Source: Longimicrobiales bacterium
Lineage (GTDB): Bacteria > Gemmatimonadota > Gemmatimonadetes > Longimicrobiales > Gaopeijiaceae
Direction: 5' to 3'
Length of the DNA stretch: 64,000 nucleotides
NCBI GenBank assembly: GCA_965116905.1
Contig: OZ220732.1
Location: forward strand, 2,784,001-2,848,000
Translations under genes and position numbers: made by a program
Notes under the pieces: model-generated
What the model saw: only the letters and a program-made list of their open reading frames with translations
Told to the model about the DNA's origin: nothing
The model's database searches: none
In this document: piece by piece, positions 19,610 through 29,565 of the stretch
Numbering within the stretch: the first letter of the stretch is position 1
Layout: each line of letters begins with the position of its first letter

Positions 19610-22600
19610 TCGTGCCTCCTCCGAGCGCCTGCAGCGCGCGTATCAGTACCGGGGCAAGCCTGTCCGCATCCTCGCATGCGAAGGTTACCGAGAGCGGAGC
19701 GATTCTGCGAACCTCGAGCGTCACCGCCTCCCCCTTGAGCGTCCGTTCCAGAGCCGAAATGCGGGGGACGACTTCGGGCCGGAAGTTGACACGCGCCCTG
19801 TCCCCTCGCACCAGGATGCGATCGGCTCCCGCGCTCCGGCCCGCGAGTCCCAGCAGCGACTGGTCCAGCAATCGCCTCACTGCCGAGGGCGGTCTCCCGA
19901 ACCGGTCCGTGATCTCGTCCGAGAGCGCCTCCACGTCGCGCGCTCCGGACACCTTTGCGAGGCGCCGGTACAGGTGGAGCTTCTGGTGCCGGTCCCGAAT
20001 ATAGTCGTCCGGGAGGTACGCGCTCGCCGACATCGTGACCTCGGGGCGGGGATGACGCACGTGCCGGTCTCCTTCCCGCACGCGGCGCACGGCGTCCTCC
20101 ATGAGGCGCATGTACGTGTCCAGGCCGACAGCGTGCGCGAATCCGGACTGATGCTCCCCGAGGAGGTTGCCGGCGCCGCGCACCTCGAGGTCGCGCAGCG
20201 CGATCTGGTAGCCGCTCCCGAGCTCCGTGAAGTGTTCGAGCACGCGCAGGCGTTTCTCGGCTTCGTCGGTGATGCTGTCCGGCACGACCAGGTAGCAGTA
20301 CGCGCGGCGGTCCCAGCGCCCGACCCGCCCGCGGATCTGGTAGAGCTGGGAGAGCCCGAAGCGGTGCGCGCCGGCGACGATCAGGGTGTTGGCATTGGCC
20401 ACGTCCAGTCCGTTCTCGATGATCGAGGAGCATACGAGGACCTGGGTCCGCCCCTCCACGAAACGGGTCATGGCACGGTCCAGGAGACCCGTCCCCATCT
20501 GTCCGTGGGCCACGTCGACGGTCGCGTCGCCCAGGAGCCGGCGTACCCGCTCGGCGGCCGTCTCGATCGTCTCGACCCGGTTGTGCAGAAAGAAGACCTG
20601 GCCGCCGCGGTCGAGCTCCCGCTGGCAGGCCTCGGCGATCAGATGGTCGCTCCAGGAGATGACATGGGTGAGGATGGCCATGCGGTCGCGGGGCGGAGTC
20701 CGAATGAGGGACAGATCGCGAATGCCCGCGAGCGAAAGGTAGAGGGTCCGGGGGATGGGGGTGGCCGTCAGCGTCAGGACGTCCACCGTGGTGCGCAGCC
20801 GCTTGAGCCGCTCCTTCTGGCGGACGCCGAGCCGCTGCTCCTCGTCGATGACCACGAGACCCAGGTCGTGAAACGCGACGTCGGCCGACAGGAGACGGTG
20901 GGTGCCAATCACGATGTCGACGGTTCCGTCCTGGAGGCCGGCGACGACCTCGCGCTGGCGGCGCGGAGAGTCGAGCCGGGAAAGGGACCGGACGACCACC
21001 GGGTACTCGGCGAGCCGGTCGCCGAAGGTCCTGGCGTGCTGGGCGACAAGCACGGTGGTCGGAGCCAGCACCGCGACCTGCTTTCCGTCCTGGACGGCCT
21101 TGAAGGCGGCCCGGATGGCGACCTCCGTCTTGCCGTAGCCCGCGTCGCCGCACACGAGGCGGTCCATCACGCTCGACGACTCCATGTCCCGCTTGATATC
21201 CTCGACGGCGGCGCGCTGGTCGCGCGTGTCCTCGTAGAGGAACGCCGCCTCCATCTCGCGCTGCCAGCGCGTGTCGGGGGAAAAGGCGTGACCCGTGCGG
21301 GCCCGGCGCGTGGCATAGAGTTCGAGCAGCTCGGCGGTCATCTGGTGGATCGCGGCTTCGGTCTTCCGCTTCAGCCGCCCCCAGCGCCTGCCGCCGATGC
21401 GGTGCAGTTCGGCCGGCTTGTCGTCCGGGTGCGTCCCGACCCAGCGCTCCACCTCGTCCAGCCGGTAGACCGGGACGCGCAGGACCTCGCCGTCCGCGTA
21501 GCCGACAACGAGGGCCTCGATCGATTCACCGCCGATCTCGATCCGTTCCAGGCCCTGGAAACGCCCGATGCCGTGCTCCATGTGGACGACGTGGTCGCCG
21601 GGGCTGAGTTGCGCCAGGCTCTCCAGGGAGGCGGATCCGCGAAAGCGCCGGGTCCGCCGCAGCTTCCGGCCCCGGCGGAAGATCTCGTGGTCGGTGAGGA
21701 TATTGATCGGCGGGTCGGCGTCCGCCAGGCGAAAGCCGTGTGCGAGCGAGCCGACGACCAGGTGGCAGCCCCGCGGAGGCGTCCCGCGGCTGTCCGCGAT
21801 CAGGTCGTCGAGGCGGCTGGCCTGGCCGTCGTTGTCGCAGAGGATGTAGGTCTCTTCTCCCGCCGCGGCGGCGCGCGACAGAAACAACCGCAACCGTCCG
21901 ACCCGCCGTTCGATCACCGGCGGTCTGCCGGCCTCGAAGACGACGGTTCCGACATGTTCCTCGACGAAGACGATACGGCCGTATTGGGCGACGGTCCCGG
22001 CCAGCGCCCCGGGGGTCAGGAGGATGGTCGCCGGATCGGTGGCGGGGTTGCCGTAGCGCAGGGCATCGCGGTAGCGCTTGTCCGCGCGGGCCCACACCGC
22101 CTCGGCCTCCCTGTGCACCGGGTGGTCGCCGATCCGGACCAGAATCGTGTCGCGCGGCAACCGGTCCAGAAGGGAACAGGCCGTCCGCCGCCGGGTATCG
22201 ACCGAGGCCCCGAATCTCACGGGCAGGATGTCCACCCGCGCCACGGTCCCGGTCGACCGCTGGTCCAATACCCCGAAGTGGCGGATGGACTCGATCTCGT
22301 CGCCCATGAATTCGATTCGGACCGGGCCGGCGGCGCCGTAGGAGAAGACATCGATCAGGCCGCCGCGTACCGTGTAGCTCCCCGCCTCCTCCACCATGGG
22401 AGCCCGCTCGAACCCCCGGGCCTCCAGTTCCTCGATCAGCCCGTCCCTTCGCAAACGGTCGCCGGTCGCGACCGTGAAGCGCAGTTCGGCGATATCGTCC
22501 GGTATCGGGACCCGTTCCTGGAGTGCGCGGTGGGTCGCCACGATCACCCGCGCCTGGCCCGTCAGCAGTGCCTCGACCGCCTCGACGCGCTGGCCCTCGA

Positions 22601-23012
22601 TCTCGTCGTCGCCGTCATCGTCCGGCGCGGTGTATTCGCCCTGCGGATACGGCACCGCCGAGCCGGGCCCCATCAGCGTCTCCAGGTCGCTGAGGTGCTC
22701 GGCGGCCTCGTCGGGGGAGGATGCGGAGAGGAGCCAAAGCCGCGTGGGAAGGTGAGCGGCGAGCGCGGCGATGGCCGTGACGGGAAGGGACCCGGCCGCG
22801 CCTCCGACCCTCATGGAATCGCCGGCCGGCGGAATGCCGGGGAGCAGCGCCCGGAAGGCGGGGGTGCGCGCCAGCGCGGCCGTCGCGGGGTGTGGGGCCG
22901 TGGCGGAATGTGAGGCCGTGGCGGAATGCGAGGCCGTGGCGGGGTGTCGGGCCGCGACGGAGTGTGGGGCCGCGACGGCGTGTGGGGTCGCGACGGAACC
23001 GCGGCTAGGCAC
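19596..23012 (-). CDS. mfd: Transcription-repair coupling factor Mfd
   Basis: [20 protein letters not shown] (CarD/RID), [37 protein letters not shown] domain. Start uncertain. Confidence 0.96.
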   Translation of the reverse strand: MPSRGSVATPHAVAAPHSVAARHPATASHSATASHSATAPHPATAALARTPAFRALLPGIPPAGDSMRVGGAAGSLPVTAIAALAAHLPTRLWLLSASSPDEAAEHLSDLETLMGPGSAVPYPQGEYTAPDDDGDDEIEGQRVEAVEALLTGQARVIVATHRALQERVPIPDDIAELRFTVATGDRLRRDGLIEELEARGFERAPMVEEAGSYTVRGGLIDVFSYGAAGPVRIEFMGDEIESIRHFGVLDQRSTGTVARVDILPVRFGASVDTRRRTACSLLDRLPRDTILVRIGDHPVHREAEAVWARADKRYRDALRYGNPATDPATILLTPGALAGTVAQYGRIVFVEEHVGTVVFEAGRPPVIERRVGRLRLFLSRAAAAGEETYILCDNDGQASRLDDLIADSRGTPPRGCHLVVGSLAHGFRLADADPPINILTDHEIFRRGRKLRRTRRFRGSASLESLAQLSPGDHVVHMEHGIGRFQGLERIEIGGESIEALVVGYADGEVLRVPVYRLDEVERWVGTHPDDKPAELHRIGGRRWGRLKRKTEAAIHQMTAELLELYATRRARTGHAFSPDTRWQREMEAAFLYEDTRDQRAAVEDIKRDMESSSVMDRLVCGDAGYGKTEVAIRAAFKAVQDGKQVAVLAPTTVLVAQHARTFGDRLAEYPVVVRSLSRLDSPRRQREVVAGLQDGTVDIVIGTHRLLSADVAFHDLGLVVIDEEQRLGVRQKERLKRLRTTVDVLTLTATPIPRTLYLSLAGIRDLSLIRTPPRDRMAILTHVISWSDHLIAEACQRELDRGGQVFFLHNRVETIETAAERVRRLLGDATVDVAHGQMGTGLLDRAMTRFVEGRTQVLVCSSIIENGLDVANANTLIVAGAHRFGLSQLYQIRGRVGRWDRRAYCYLVVPDSITDEAEKRLRVLEHFTELGSGYQIALRDLEVRGAGNLLGEHQSGFAHAVGLDTYMRLMEDAVRRVREGDRHVRHPRPEVTMSASAYLPDDYIRDRHQKLHLYRRLAKVSGARDVEALSDEITDRFGRPPSAVRRLLDQSLLGLAGRSAGADRILVRGDRARVNFRPEVVPRISALERTLKGEAVTLEVRRIAPLSVTFACEDADRLAPVLIRALQALGGGTNGGV
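22878..22997 (-). repeat. In-frame 18-bp tandem repeat (about 6 units) at the mfd 5' end
   Basis: Encodes [36 protein letters not shown]. Confidence 0.85.
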
Positions 23013-24957
23013 CGGGTTGCCGGGTGCGGAGCGCGCGCGAAGCGGCCAGAACGGTCTCCACGACGAGCAATGCCAGGATGATGGCCGCCAGAGGACGCCA
23101 CGGCTCGGGCCCGCGTCCGGCCCTGAAGATGTGCCGCGGCCACGCGGAAGCGTTGTCGACGATATCGTCCACGCCGCGCACGATGCGCCTGACCTCGTCG
23201 CGCGAAGCGGGCGCGAGCACCCCCTCGGCAGCTGGCGGATTGACGGGAACGGACTCCAGTACGCTGTCCCCGGCCAGGACCTGGTAGATCCCGGCCGTCG
23301 CGGTCTCAAGGAAGGGCTGATCCCCGTCGACCCGCAGCACGGTGCCATCGGGCCCGCGCACGGCGCTGGCAGTCGGTGAAGGCCGGAAGCTCATCCCCGC
23401 AGTGACCGCGGAACCCGTTGCCGCATCCTCGAACCGGCGCTCCATCGCCCACTCGAGCAACGGGATCATGGCCGCGGAGACGGGGAGGCTGGTCGCCTGC
23501 TCGTCCATGGGCGATGCCAGCAGGATGTAGGGGCCGGTCGCGGCGGTTCCGGCCAGGAGCCATGGGTCCCCGGTAGACAGCAGGGCCATCGACCCGGCGC
23601 CGCCAGCCCGGGGATCGGCCCGTCCACCGCCGTTCCCAGCCGGGGCGGTCCCGGCGGAGCCGTCGGTCGACACGATCCGGTAGAACCGGCGGACGTCGAG
23701 ACCCTCCAGGTCCAGCGGGAGGTCGCTCTGCGCAACGCGGGCCCCCTCATCGGGCCCCGGCTGGTAGCGGAACGGGATGCCTGCCTCGGCGAGGCGGCGA
23801 TTCACCGCGGGAAGCCGGGCCGGGTCGGCGAGCGGGATGACCAGGACGCTCTGGGAGGCGGCGCGCCGTTCCAGACCCTCTCCGCCGAGGCTTACGAGAG
23901 TGGTGGCCCGCCCCACGCCCCCGAGCGAGATGCGCTCGCTCTCTTCCAGGACCGCCAGCGCTTCGGCTAGCAGGAACGGCAGGGGACCAACGGCCGCGAC
24001 CGGCGTGGGATCCCGGACAACGAACGAGAAGAAGTGGCGGTCGTCCCCGGTGAGCGGGTCCGGATCGATCTCGGCGTAGCCGTCGACGCGCCCGGAAGGA
24101 AAGGGGCCCAAAGGCAGGCGAACCGTGGCGCCCGGGGGGGCCGTAGCGGCAGCGCGCACCTGGTCGCCCACGTACAGGCGCACCCCAACGGTGTCGCCCG
24201 CCGCGCCGCCCGAAATCGAGACCGCCGCCTCAGTGCGCCGCCCTTGAAGCGGGGGGAGCCCCCCGCCGATCGATACCTCGCCTATGCCGCGGTTGGGCAG
24301 TTCGTCGGAGGGCGCGGCGAAGACGATGACCGGAATGTCCTCGTTGCCGCCCGCAGGCTCGGAAAACGCCGTCGCCTGGAGATCCGTGAAGACGTGCACC
24401 TCCCGTCGCGGCAGGTCGCTCTGGGCGACGAGCGCCCGGGCGCGTGCGATCGCGTGACTCAGGTCGCCGCGCGCGTGGCTCGGGTTCGTCTCTTCGATGG
24501 CCAGCGCGGCGCCGGATGCACCCGCCGGCACCGCAACCTCCCAGGGGCTTCCGGCCCGCACCACCCAGATGACGTCGTCGTAGCTCGCGGCCTCGACGCT
24601 CATGCGCGCGACCGCCTTCAACGTGTCGAGCCGGCGGCGCCCGTCCTCGATGATCGTTGCGCTCAGGGAGTTGTCCAGCACGAGGGCCAGGGCGGTCGGG
24701 TCGTGGCTCCCGCCGGGACCGGGAAGGTGAATCCGCGCGCCCAGGATGACCAGCAGCAGGACGGTTGCCACCCGCACCAGAAGCAGGAGCAGCTGCTGGG
24801 TACGGATCTGGCGGGCGTGGTCCTTCTCGGTTCGGAGCAGGTAGCGGATGGCGGGGAAGGTGAAGGTCTTGCTCTCCTGCCGGTAGAAGAGGTGCAGGAT
24901 CAGGGGCACCAGCACCGCGGCGCCGGCCAGAAGGAACAGGGGGTTGAGGAAGCCCAC
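23005..24957 (-). CDS. BatA-domain / vWA-like membrane protein
   Basis: FLNPLFL..PLILHL..FPAIRYL BatA N-terminus, LDNSLS MIDAS-like motif, FTDLQ, C-terminal TM. Confidence 0.88.
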   Translation of the reverse strand: MGFLNPLFLLAGAAVLVPLILHLFYRQESKTFTFPAIRYLLRTEKDHARQIRTQQLLLLLVRVATVLLLVILGARIHLPGPGGSHDPTALALVLDNSLSATIIEDGRRRLDTLKAVARMSVEAASYDDVIWVVRAGSPWEVAVPAGASGAALAIEETNPSHARGDLSHAIARARALVAQSDLPRREVHVFTDLQATAFSEPAGGNEDIPVIVFAAPSDELPNRGIGEVSIGGGLPPLQGRRTEAAVSISGGAAGDTVGVRLYVGDQVRAAATAPPGATVRLPLGPFPSGRVDGYAEIDPDPLTGDDRHFFSFVVRDPTPVAAVGPLPFLLAEALAVLEESERISLGGVGRATTLVSLGGEGLERRAASQSVLVIPLADPARLPAVNRRLAEAGIPFRYQPGPDEGARVAQSDLPLDLEGLDVRRFYRIVSTDGSAGTAPAGNGGGRADPRAGGAGSMALLSTGDPWLLAGTAATGPYILLASPMDEQATSLPVSAAMIPLLEWAMERRFEDAATGSAVTAGMSFRPSPTASAVRGPDGTVLRVDGDQPFLETATAGIYQVLAGDSVLESVPVNPPAAEGVLAPASRDEVRRIVRGVDDIVDNASAWPRHIFRAGRGPEPWRPLAAIILALLVVETVLAASRALRTRQPGA

Positions 24958-24958
24958 G

Positions 24959-25885
24959 TCAGGGAAGCCGCTGGCGCTTCCACAGGTAGAACCGGAGCGC
25001 TCGCGACAGGGGCTCGTCGGTATCGATCGTCGAATACGCGATCCCGCGGCTTGTCAGAGCGGTGGTCCACTCGGCCACGGCCTCTTCCACCGCCTGCCGG
25101 TATTGGCGCCGCATGTCCGCGACCGAGACCTGGAGCGAATCGCCCGTCTCCGGATCCACGAAGCGCGTCTCGCCGGTCGTGGGCAGGTCGCGTTCCCCCG
25201 GGTCGATCAGGTGGAAGACCAGCACCTCGTGCCCCGTGTGCTGCAAGTAGACCAGGGCCTTGGCGGTTCCCTCCGGGTCCACCAGCAGATCGGAGATCAG
25301 GATCACGAGACCCTTCCGCTTGAGCCGCATGGCCACCCTCTTCAGCGCGGACTCGGAATCCGTGCGCCCCCCTCCGCGCAGTGAGTTCAGGTGCTGGAGC
25401 AGAAGCCGCCAGTGCACCTTGCCGCCGCGTGCCTGCGTCTGCCGTACGATCTTCTCGTGGAAGGCGATCAGTCCGACGATGTCGCCCTGCCGGATCAGGA
25501 TGAGCGACAACGCCGCGGCGAGGTGCTTGGCGTACCAGAGCTTGGAGGGCAGGCGGGCCCGCGACGACCAGGCCATGGACTCGCTGATGTCGACCAGCAT
25601 GTAGGCCCGCAGGTTCGTCTCTTCTTCGTACTGCTTGACGTAGAAGCGGTCCGAGCGGGCGAACATTCGCCAGTCCAGGGTACGCAGATCGTCACCCGGC
25701 TGGTACTGCCTCAGTTCGGCGAACTCGGCGGAGAAACCCCGGTTGGGCGAGCGGTGCAGACCCAGCAGAAAGCCCTGCACGACCTGCCGCGCGATGATAT
25801 CGATCCCGCCGAGCTGCGCCAGAGTGGCCGGATCGAGGAGGTCCGTACGCCGGTCCCGGTGCGGAGTGGTCTCGTTGGTAGCCAT
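24959..25885 (-). CDS. DUF58 family protein
   Basis: GLHRS..GFSAEFAELRQYQPGDD..LDWR..YVKQYEEETN, VDISESM, LISD. Confidence 0.93.
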   Translation of the reverse strand: MATNETTPHRDRRTDLLDPATLAQLGGIDIIARQVVQGFLLGLHRSPNRGFSAEFAELRQYQPGDDLRTLDWRMFARSDRFYVKQYEEETNLRAYMLVDISESMAWSSRARLPSKLWYAKHLAAALSLILIRQGDIVGLIAFHEKIVRQTQARGGKVHWRLLLQHLNSLRGGGRTDSESALKRVAMRLKRKGLVILISDLLVDPEGTAKALVYLQHTGHEVLVFHLIDPGERDLPTTGETRFVDPETGDSLQVSVADMRRQYRQAVEEAVAEWTTALTSRGIAYSTIDTDEPLSRALRFYLWKRQRLP

Positions 25886-25952
25886 GGTCCATTGAATGTG
25901 GACCGGCGTCACCGCATGGGGAAGAGCGCGGGCCGGGGAACGGTGGCCGTGA

Positions 25953-28900
25953 TCAGCCGCCCATGCGATAGGTCAGCGAGAGCTTGATCCGCCGTCCTTT
26001 GGGACTGTGGGTGAATCCGTCGTAGGATTGCTCCCAGTTGACCAGCGGCGGTGGCGCGTCCAGAAGGTTCAGAACGGACAGGGCCACGTCGCTTCTGCTG
26101 GAGGCCCGCCGCAGCACGCTCAGGTCCCAGGTCACGAAACGGTCGATCTCGGCGAATTCGGTGTCGGGAAAGACCTCGTTCGCGTACCCCGAGACCGAGT
26201 TGACGTAGTTGACCACACTGTAGTCGCCAAAGTGGTAGCCCGCAGAGAACCGGCTCTTCCACTGGGGCAGCGGGGGGGCGATCGGATTGTTCCAGTTGAG
26301 CTTCCCGGCCGCGTCCTGAGCCGGAAAAACCTCCACGCTGTTCAGATCCAGGGCCCGGACGAAGAACCTCCGTGTGAAGGTGCCGTCCATCCCGAGCGAG
26401 GCGATGCCCTGGCCCATGGGCAGACGGGTGCTGACGTGCCAGTCGAGTCCCGACAGCTCGATGCCCGGCCAGTTGATGGTACGCACGGCGATCCGCTCGA
26501 GGGCGCTGGTCGGGCAAGTGCCCGTGCCCGGACCGTCCGGACAGGTCACGAACTGCTGCACGGCGGCACGCGATGCGCCGCCCAGATCGTATAGCCGCGT
26601 GACTCCGGTCGCGGGAATGATGTCGATGACGTCACGGAAGTCGTAGTTCCAGTAGTCGAGCGAGGCGCGCATGCGCGGGAGCTCCAGCGTGAGTCCCACG
26701 TTGTAGGTGAACGCCCGTTCAGGTGTCAGGTCCGGGTTTCCGAAGGCGTCCAGCGCCTTGTAGATCCCCGCTTCGGCCACGTACTCCAGTGAAGTTGCGC
26801 GGTCTTCGTTGAGATCGTCGACGGAAGGTGTGCGGAAGGTCGTCTGCAGCGACGCGCGCAGCGCCAGCGGCTCGGCCAGGTCCACCCGCAGGGCCAATTT
26901 CGGGTCGAAGCTGGTCACGGACCCGTGAAACTCGTAGTTCGCGGCCACCTGGGCGTCCACCCTCGATCCGAGCTCCAGCTGGGATTCCACGAAGAAGCGA
27001 TGGACGGTCTGGGCCGCGTGATACGGGTAGTGACCGGTCGTGAAGGTGAAGGCGCCGGCTTTCTCCAGACAGGTCCGATCCCCGGGCACGGGACAGGGAT
27101 TGACCTCGAGGTTGCCCGGCTCGTTCGGCTCCGCCTCCACATCGAACCAGCGGAACTGGTACCCGACGGCATACTGGGCCACCTCTTCCACCAGCGTGCC
27201 CTTGAGGATGGCATCCGCGACGAGCAGGTTGGCGGCGTTGTCCAGATCGACCTCCTGGTTGATCCAGTCGATCAGCGCCGGACTGTTTTCCAGCCCCGGC
27301 ATGTAGTCCGGGTTCGCCTGGTCCAGGTAGCGCGCCCCGGGCTGGGCAGAGTACCGGTGCGCGTTGCTGAAGGGGTTGTAGTACATGCAGTTCCCCTGGC
27401 CCGCCACGGCGCCGTTCAGCGCGCCCAGGGCCATTCCCGACGGGCTGGACGGATCCAGCACCACGTCGACCCCGCAGTTCGGACCTCCGAAGCCGCGGAA
27501 GGCGAGGAACTTCCGGTAGGCGTACTCGGCCGGAAGGTTGACGTTGCCGGTGGTGCGGGAGAACGACGTGGAGAACTCCAACGACGCGGCGTTGCCGCCG
27601 AGAGACTCGATCTCACGCTCCAGCGAGGCGGAGATCCGCCCGGTGCGGGATGCCCGGTCCAGGGTGCGGCCGGGGCCGCTGTTGCCCACGAGGCGGCCAT
27701 AGAAGTACCAGTCGTCTGCGAGACACGCCTCCTGTCCCGTGAAGCCCGCCGTTTGCCCGTGGCTCTGGCAGAAGGCCTGCCGTCCCGGATTTCCTGGAGT
27801 GATGACCTGTGCCCCGTTGTACGGCGAGATCGGCGGGAACGACGGCGTGGTCACCCAGTCCGGAGTGGCGGCCTCGGCCCACAGGGCCTCGACGTGGTAG
27901 CGCGACTGGTCACCCAGTTCGCCGTTCAGTTCACCGAAGACGCGAACATGGCGGGACGGCTGGATCAGATTGTCCCACGGCTGGTAGCGGAACCGGCAGG
28001 TCTCTCCCTCGCGGTGGCCCCCGAACGCGGTGCACTGCGGGTCGATGAAGACGCCCCCCCAGCCGCCGAACTGCGCGTCGGCCAGAGCCGCGACGAACTC
28101 TTCCTTCGTCTCGTCGCCGGTCAGCCTGGGAAAGAGGAACGCGCCCGGATTGCCCGTGTACGACCAGGCGCCGCCCCCGGACGTGAACGGACGCAGCGCC
28201 CAATCCCGCTCCTCGGGGTCCAGTTCCTGCGTAACGGCCACCTCCGCCGATACGACGGCGTGTGCGCTCTCGGAGAGCCGTGAGCCCCAGATGGCGCCCA
28301 CATTGGTGTCACCCGCCCCCGCCAGGTACTCGTGGGCACCCGACACCTCAAAACCTTCGAATTCCTTTCTGGTAAGGAAGTTGGCCACGCCCGCAACCGC
28401 GTCCGAGCCGTAGATCGCGGAGGCGCCCTCCTTCACCACCTCGATCCGGTCGAGAGCGATCGACGGGAAGGCGTTGACGTCCACGAACCGGCCCCCCAGC
28501 AGGCGCATCGGGACGTACACCTGGCGTCTGCCGTTCAGCAGCACAAGCGTCCGCGACGGCCCGATGCCACGGAGATTCACGCTGGCCACGGTTTCGGGCA
28601 CCGCCGCGGCCGGCCTGGTCGTATACCACCCCTGGCGGTCGCCAAGGACGCCCGCGCTGGCTCCCAGGTTGCGGAAGAAATCGACCGCCTGCGGCGATCC
28701 CTGTTCGGCCAGGGATCGGCGACCCGAAACCGCGACCGAATACGGCAGGTCGACCGGCGACTCCTCGAAGGCCGTGCCGGTGACGACCACCCCCTGAAGC
28801 TGGAGGACGGTCGGCTGCATCCGCAGTTCCAGGAAAACGGTTCCGCCTTCGGGCACGACGACGCTCTCGGAAGTGGCGAGGTAGCCGATCAGTTCGGCGC

Positions 28901-29162
28901 GCACCTCGTGGGTGCCGGGCGACAGGCCGACAAGGGCGAATCGTCCGTCACCGCCCGACAACTGTCCCGTGCCCAGCGCAGCAACCGAAACCTGGGCGCC
29001 CGCGACCGGCTGCCCGCTCGCGGCATCGGTAACGATTCCGGTGATGGAGCCGGTCGCCTGAGCCGACGCGGTGGCCGCAGCCGTCCCGGACAGGGCGAGA
29101 CAAAGGAAGAAGAGAACAACGGGCTGACCGGCAACTCTGAACCAGCCGGGGAACTGCACCAT
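25953..29162 (-). CDS. TonB-dependent receptor with N-terminal carboxypeptidase-regulatory-like domain
   Basis: GSITGIVTDA..GQPV, VVVTG, NLRGIGPSRTLVLLNGRR, RIEVVKEGASAIYGSDAVAGVANF, GNPDLTPE. Confidence 0.95.
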   Translation of the reverse strand: MVQFPGWFRVAGQPVVLFFLCLALSGTAAATASAQATGSITGIVTDAASGQPVAGAQVSVAALGTGQLSGGDGRFALVGLSPGTHEVRAELIGYLATSESVVVPEGGTVFLELRMQPTVLQLQGVVVTGTAFEESPVDLPYSVAVSGRRSLAEQGSPQAVDFFRNLGASAGVLGDRQGWYTTRPAAAVPETVASVNLRGIGPSRTLVLLNGRRQVYVPMRLLGGRFVDVNAFPSIALDRIEVVKEGASAIYGSDAVAGVANFLTRKEFEGFEVSGAHEYLAGAGDTNVGAIWGSRLSESAHAVVSAEVAVTQELDPEERDWALRPFTSGGGAWSYTGNPGAFLFPRLTGDETKEEFVAALADAQFGGWGGVFIDPQCTAFGGHREGETCRFRYQPWDNLIQPSRHVRVFGELNGELGDQSRYHVEALWAEAATPDWVTTPSFPPISPYNGAQVITPGNPGRQAFCQSHGQTAGFTGQEACLADDWYFYGRLVGNSGPGRTLDRASRTGRISASLEREIESLGGNAASLEFSTSFSRTTGNVNLPAEYAYRKFLAFRGFGGPNCGVDVVLDPSSPSGMALGALNGAVAGQGNCMYYNPFSNAHRYSAQPGARYLDQANPDYMPGLENSPALIDWINQEVDLDNAANLLVADAILKGTLVEEVAQYAVGYQFRWFDVEAEPNEPGNLEVNPCPVPGDRTCLEKAGAFTFTTGHYPYHAAQTVHRFFVESQLELGSRVDAQVAANYEFHGSVTSFDPKLALRVDLAEPLALRASLQTTFRTPSVDDLNEDRATSLEYVAEAGIYKALDAFGNPDLTPERAFTYNVGLTLELPRMRASLDYWNYDFRDVIDIIPATGVTRLYDLGGASRAAVQQFVTCPDGPGTGTCPTSALERIAVRTINWPGIELSGLDWHVSTRLPMGQGIASLGMDGTFTRRFFVRALDLNSVEVFPAQDAAGKLNWNNPIAPPLPQWKSRFSAGYHFGDYSVVNYVNSVSGYANEVFPDTEFAEIDRFVTWDLSVLRRASSRSDVALSVLNLLDAPPPLVNWEQSYDGFTHSPKGRRIKLSLTYRMGG

Positions 29163-29264
29163 GACGCACCTCGGTTCGATTACGCGGTTGGGAACCGTCG
29201 GATCACCCCTTCTAATAGATCGAAGCGGTCGTCGGGACGCAACATGAAACCGGCCGGATTTGTT

Positions 29265-29298
29265 CCGTTTTTGTCGCGCAATTGACCGTTTTTGTCGC
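29265..29298 (-). promoter_or_regulatory. 13-bp direct repeat with 21-bp period upstream of the TonB receptor (candidate activator site)
   Basis: CCGTTTTTGTCGC at 29265-29277 and 29286-29298. Confidence 0.55.
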
Positions 29299-29354
29299 TA
29301 TCGCAGGGAAACAGAAGCGCAGGGCCTTGACGACGATGTTTGCGGGCAGGCGGG

Positions 29355-29410
29355 CGCCGGATCCACTCGGCACCAACGCCGGATCCACTCGGCACCGACG
29401 CCGGATCCAC
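29355..29410. repeat. 22-bp tandem repeat (2.5 copies)
   Basis: CGCCGGATCCACTCGGCACC(A/G)A at 29355 and 29377, partial at 29399. Confidence 0.9.
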
Positions 29411-29565
29411 ACCGAATTCGCGCGGACCCATGCGGGCGGCCGGTCCCCGCGATTGACCGTCCAAAATCGGCCCGGTTACCTTCGAATGTCCGCGCTCGGA
29501 GCCCCGCCAACCGGCCCCATGGCACTCGAGCGGCACCGCATCCCAACACCCGGGCGTCGCGATCG

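Noticed and set aside
19479..22913. Very long antisense ORFs (1144 aa here, also 48868-51540, 58663-61245, 29476-31626, 53757-55796)
   Set aside because: Shadow frames of well-supported genes. High GC3 suppresses stops and the translations show no motifs.
29163..29264. Cobalamin or TPP riboswitch in the TonB receptor leader
   Set aside because: No B12-box or TPP core motifs are visible and the leader is short. An Rfam scan would settle it.
29355..29410. 22-bp repeats as a possible CRISPR array
   Set aside because: Units abut with no unique spacers, only 2.5 copies, no cas genes
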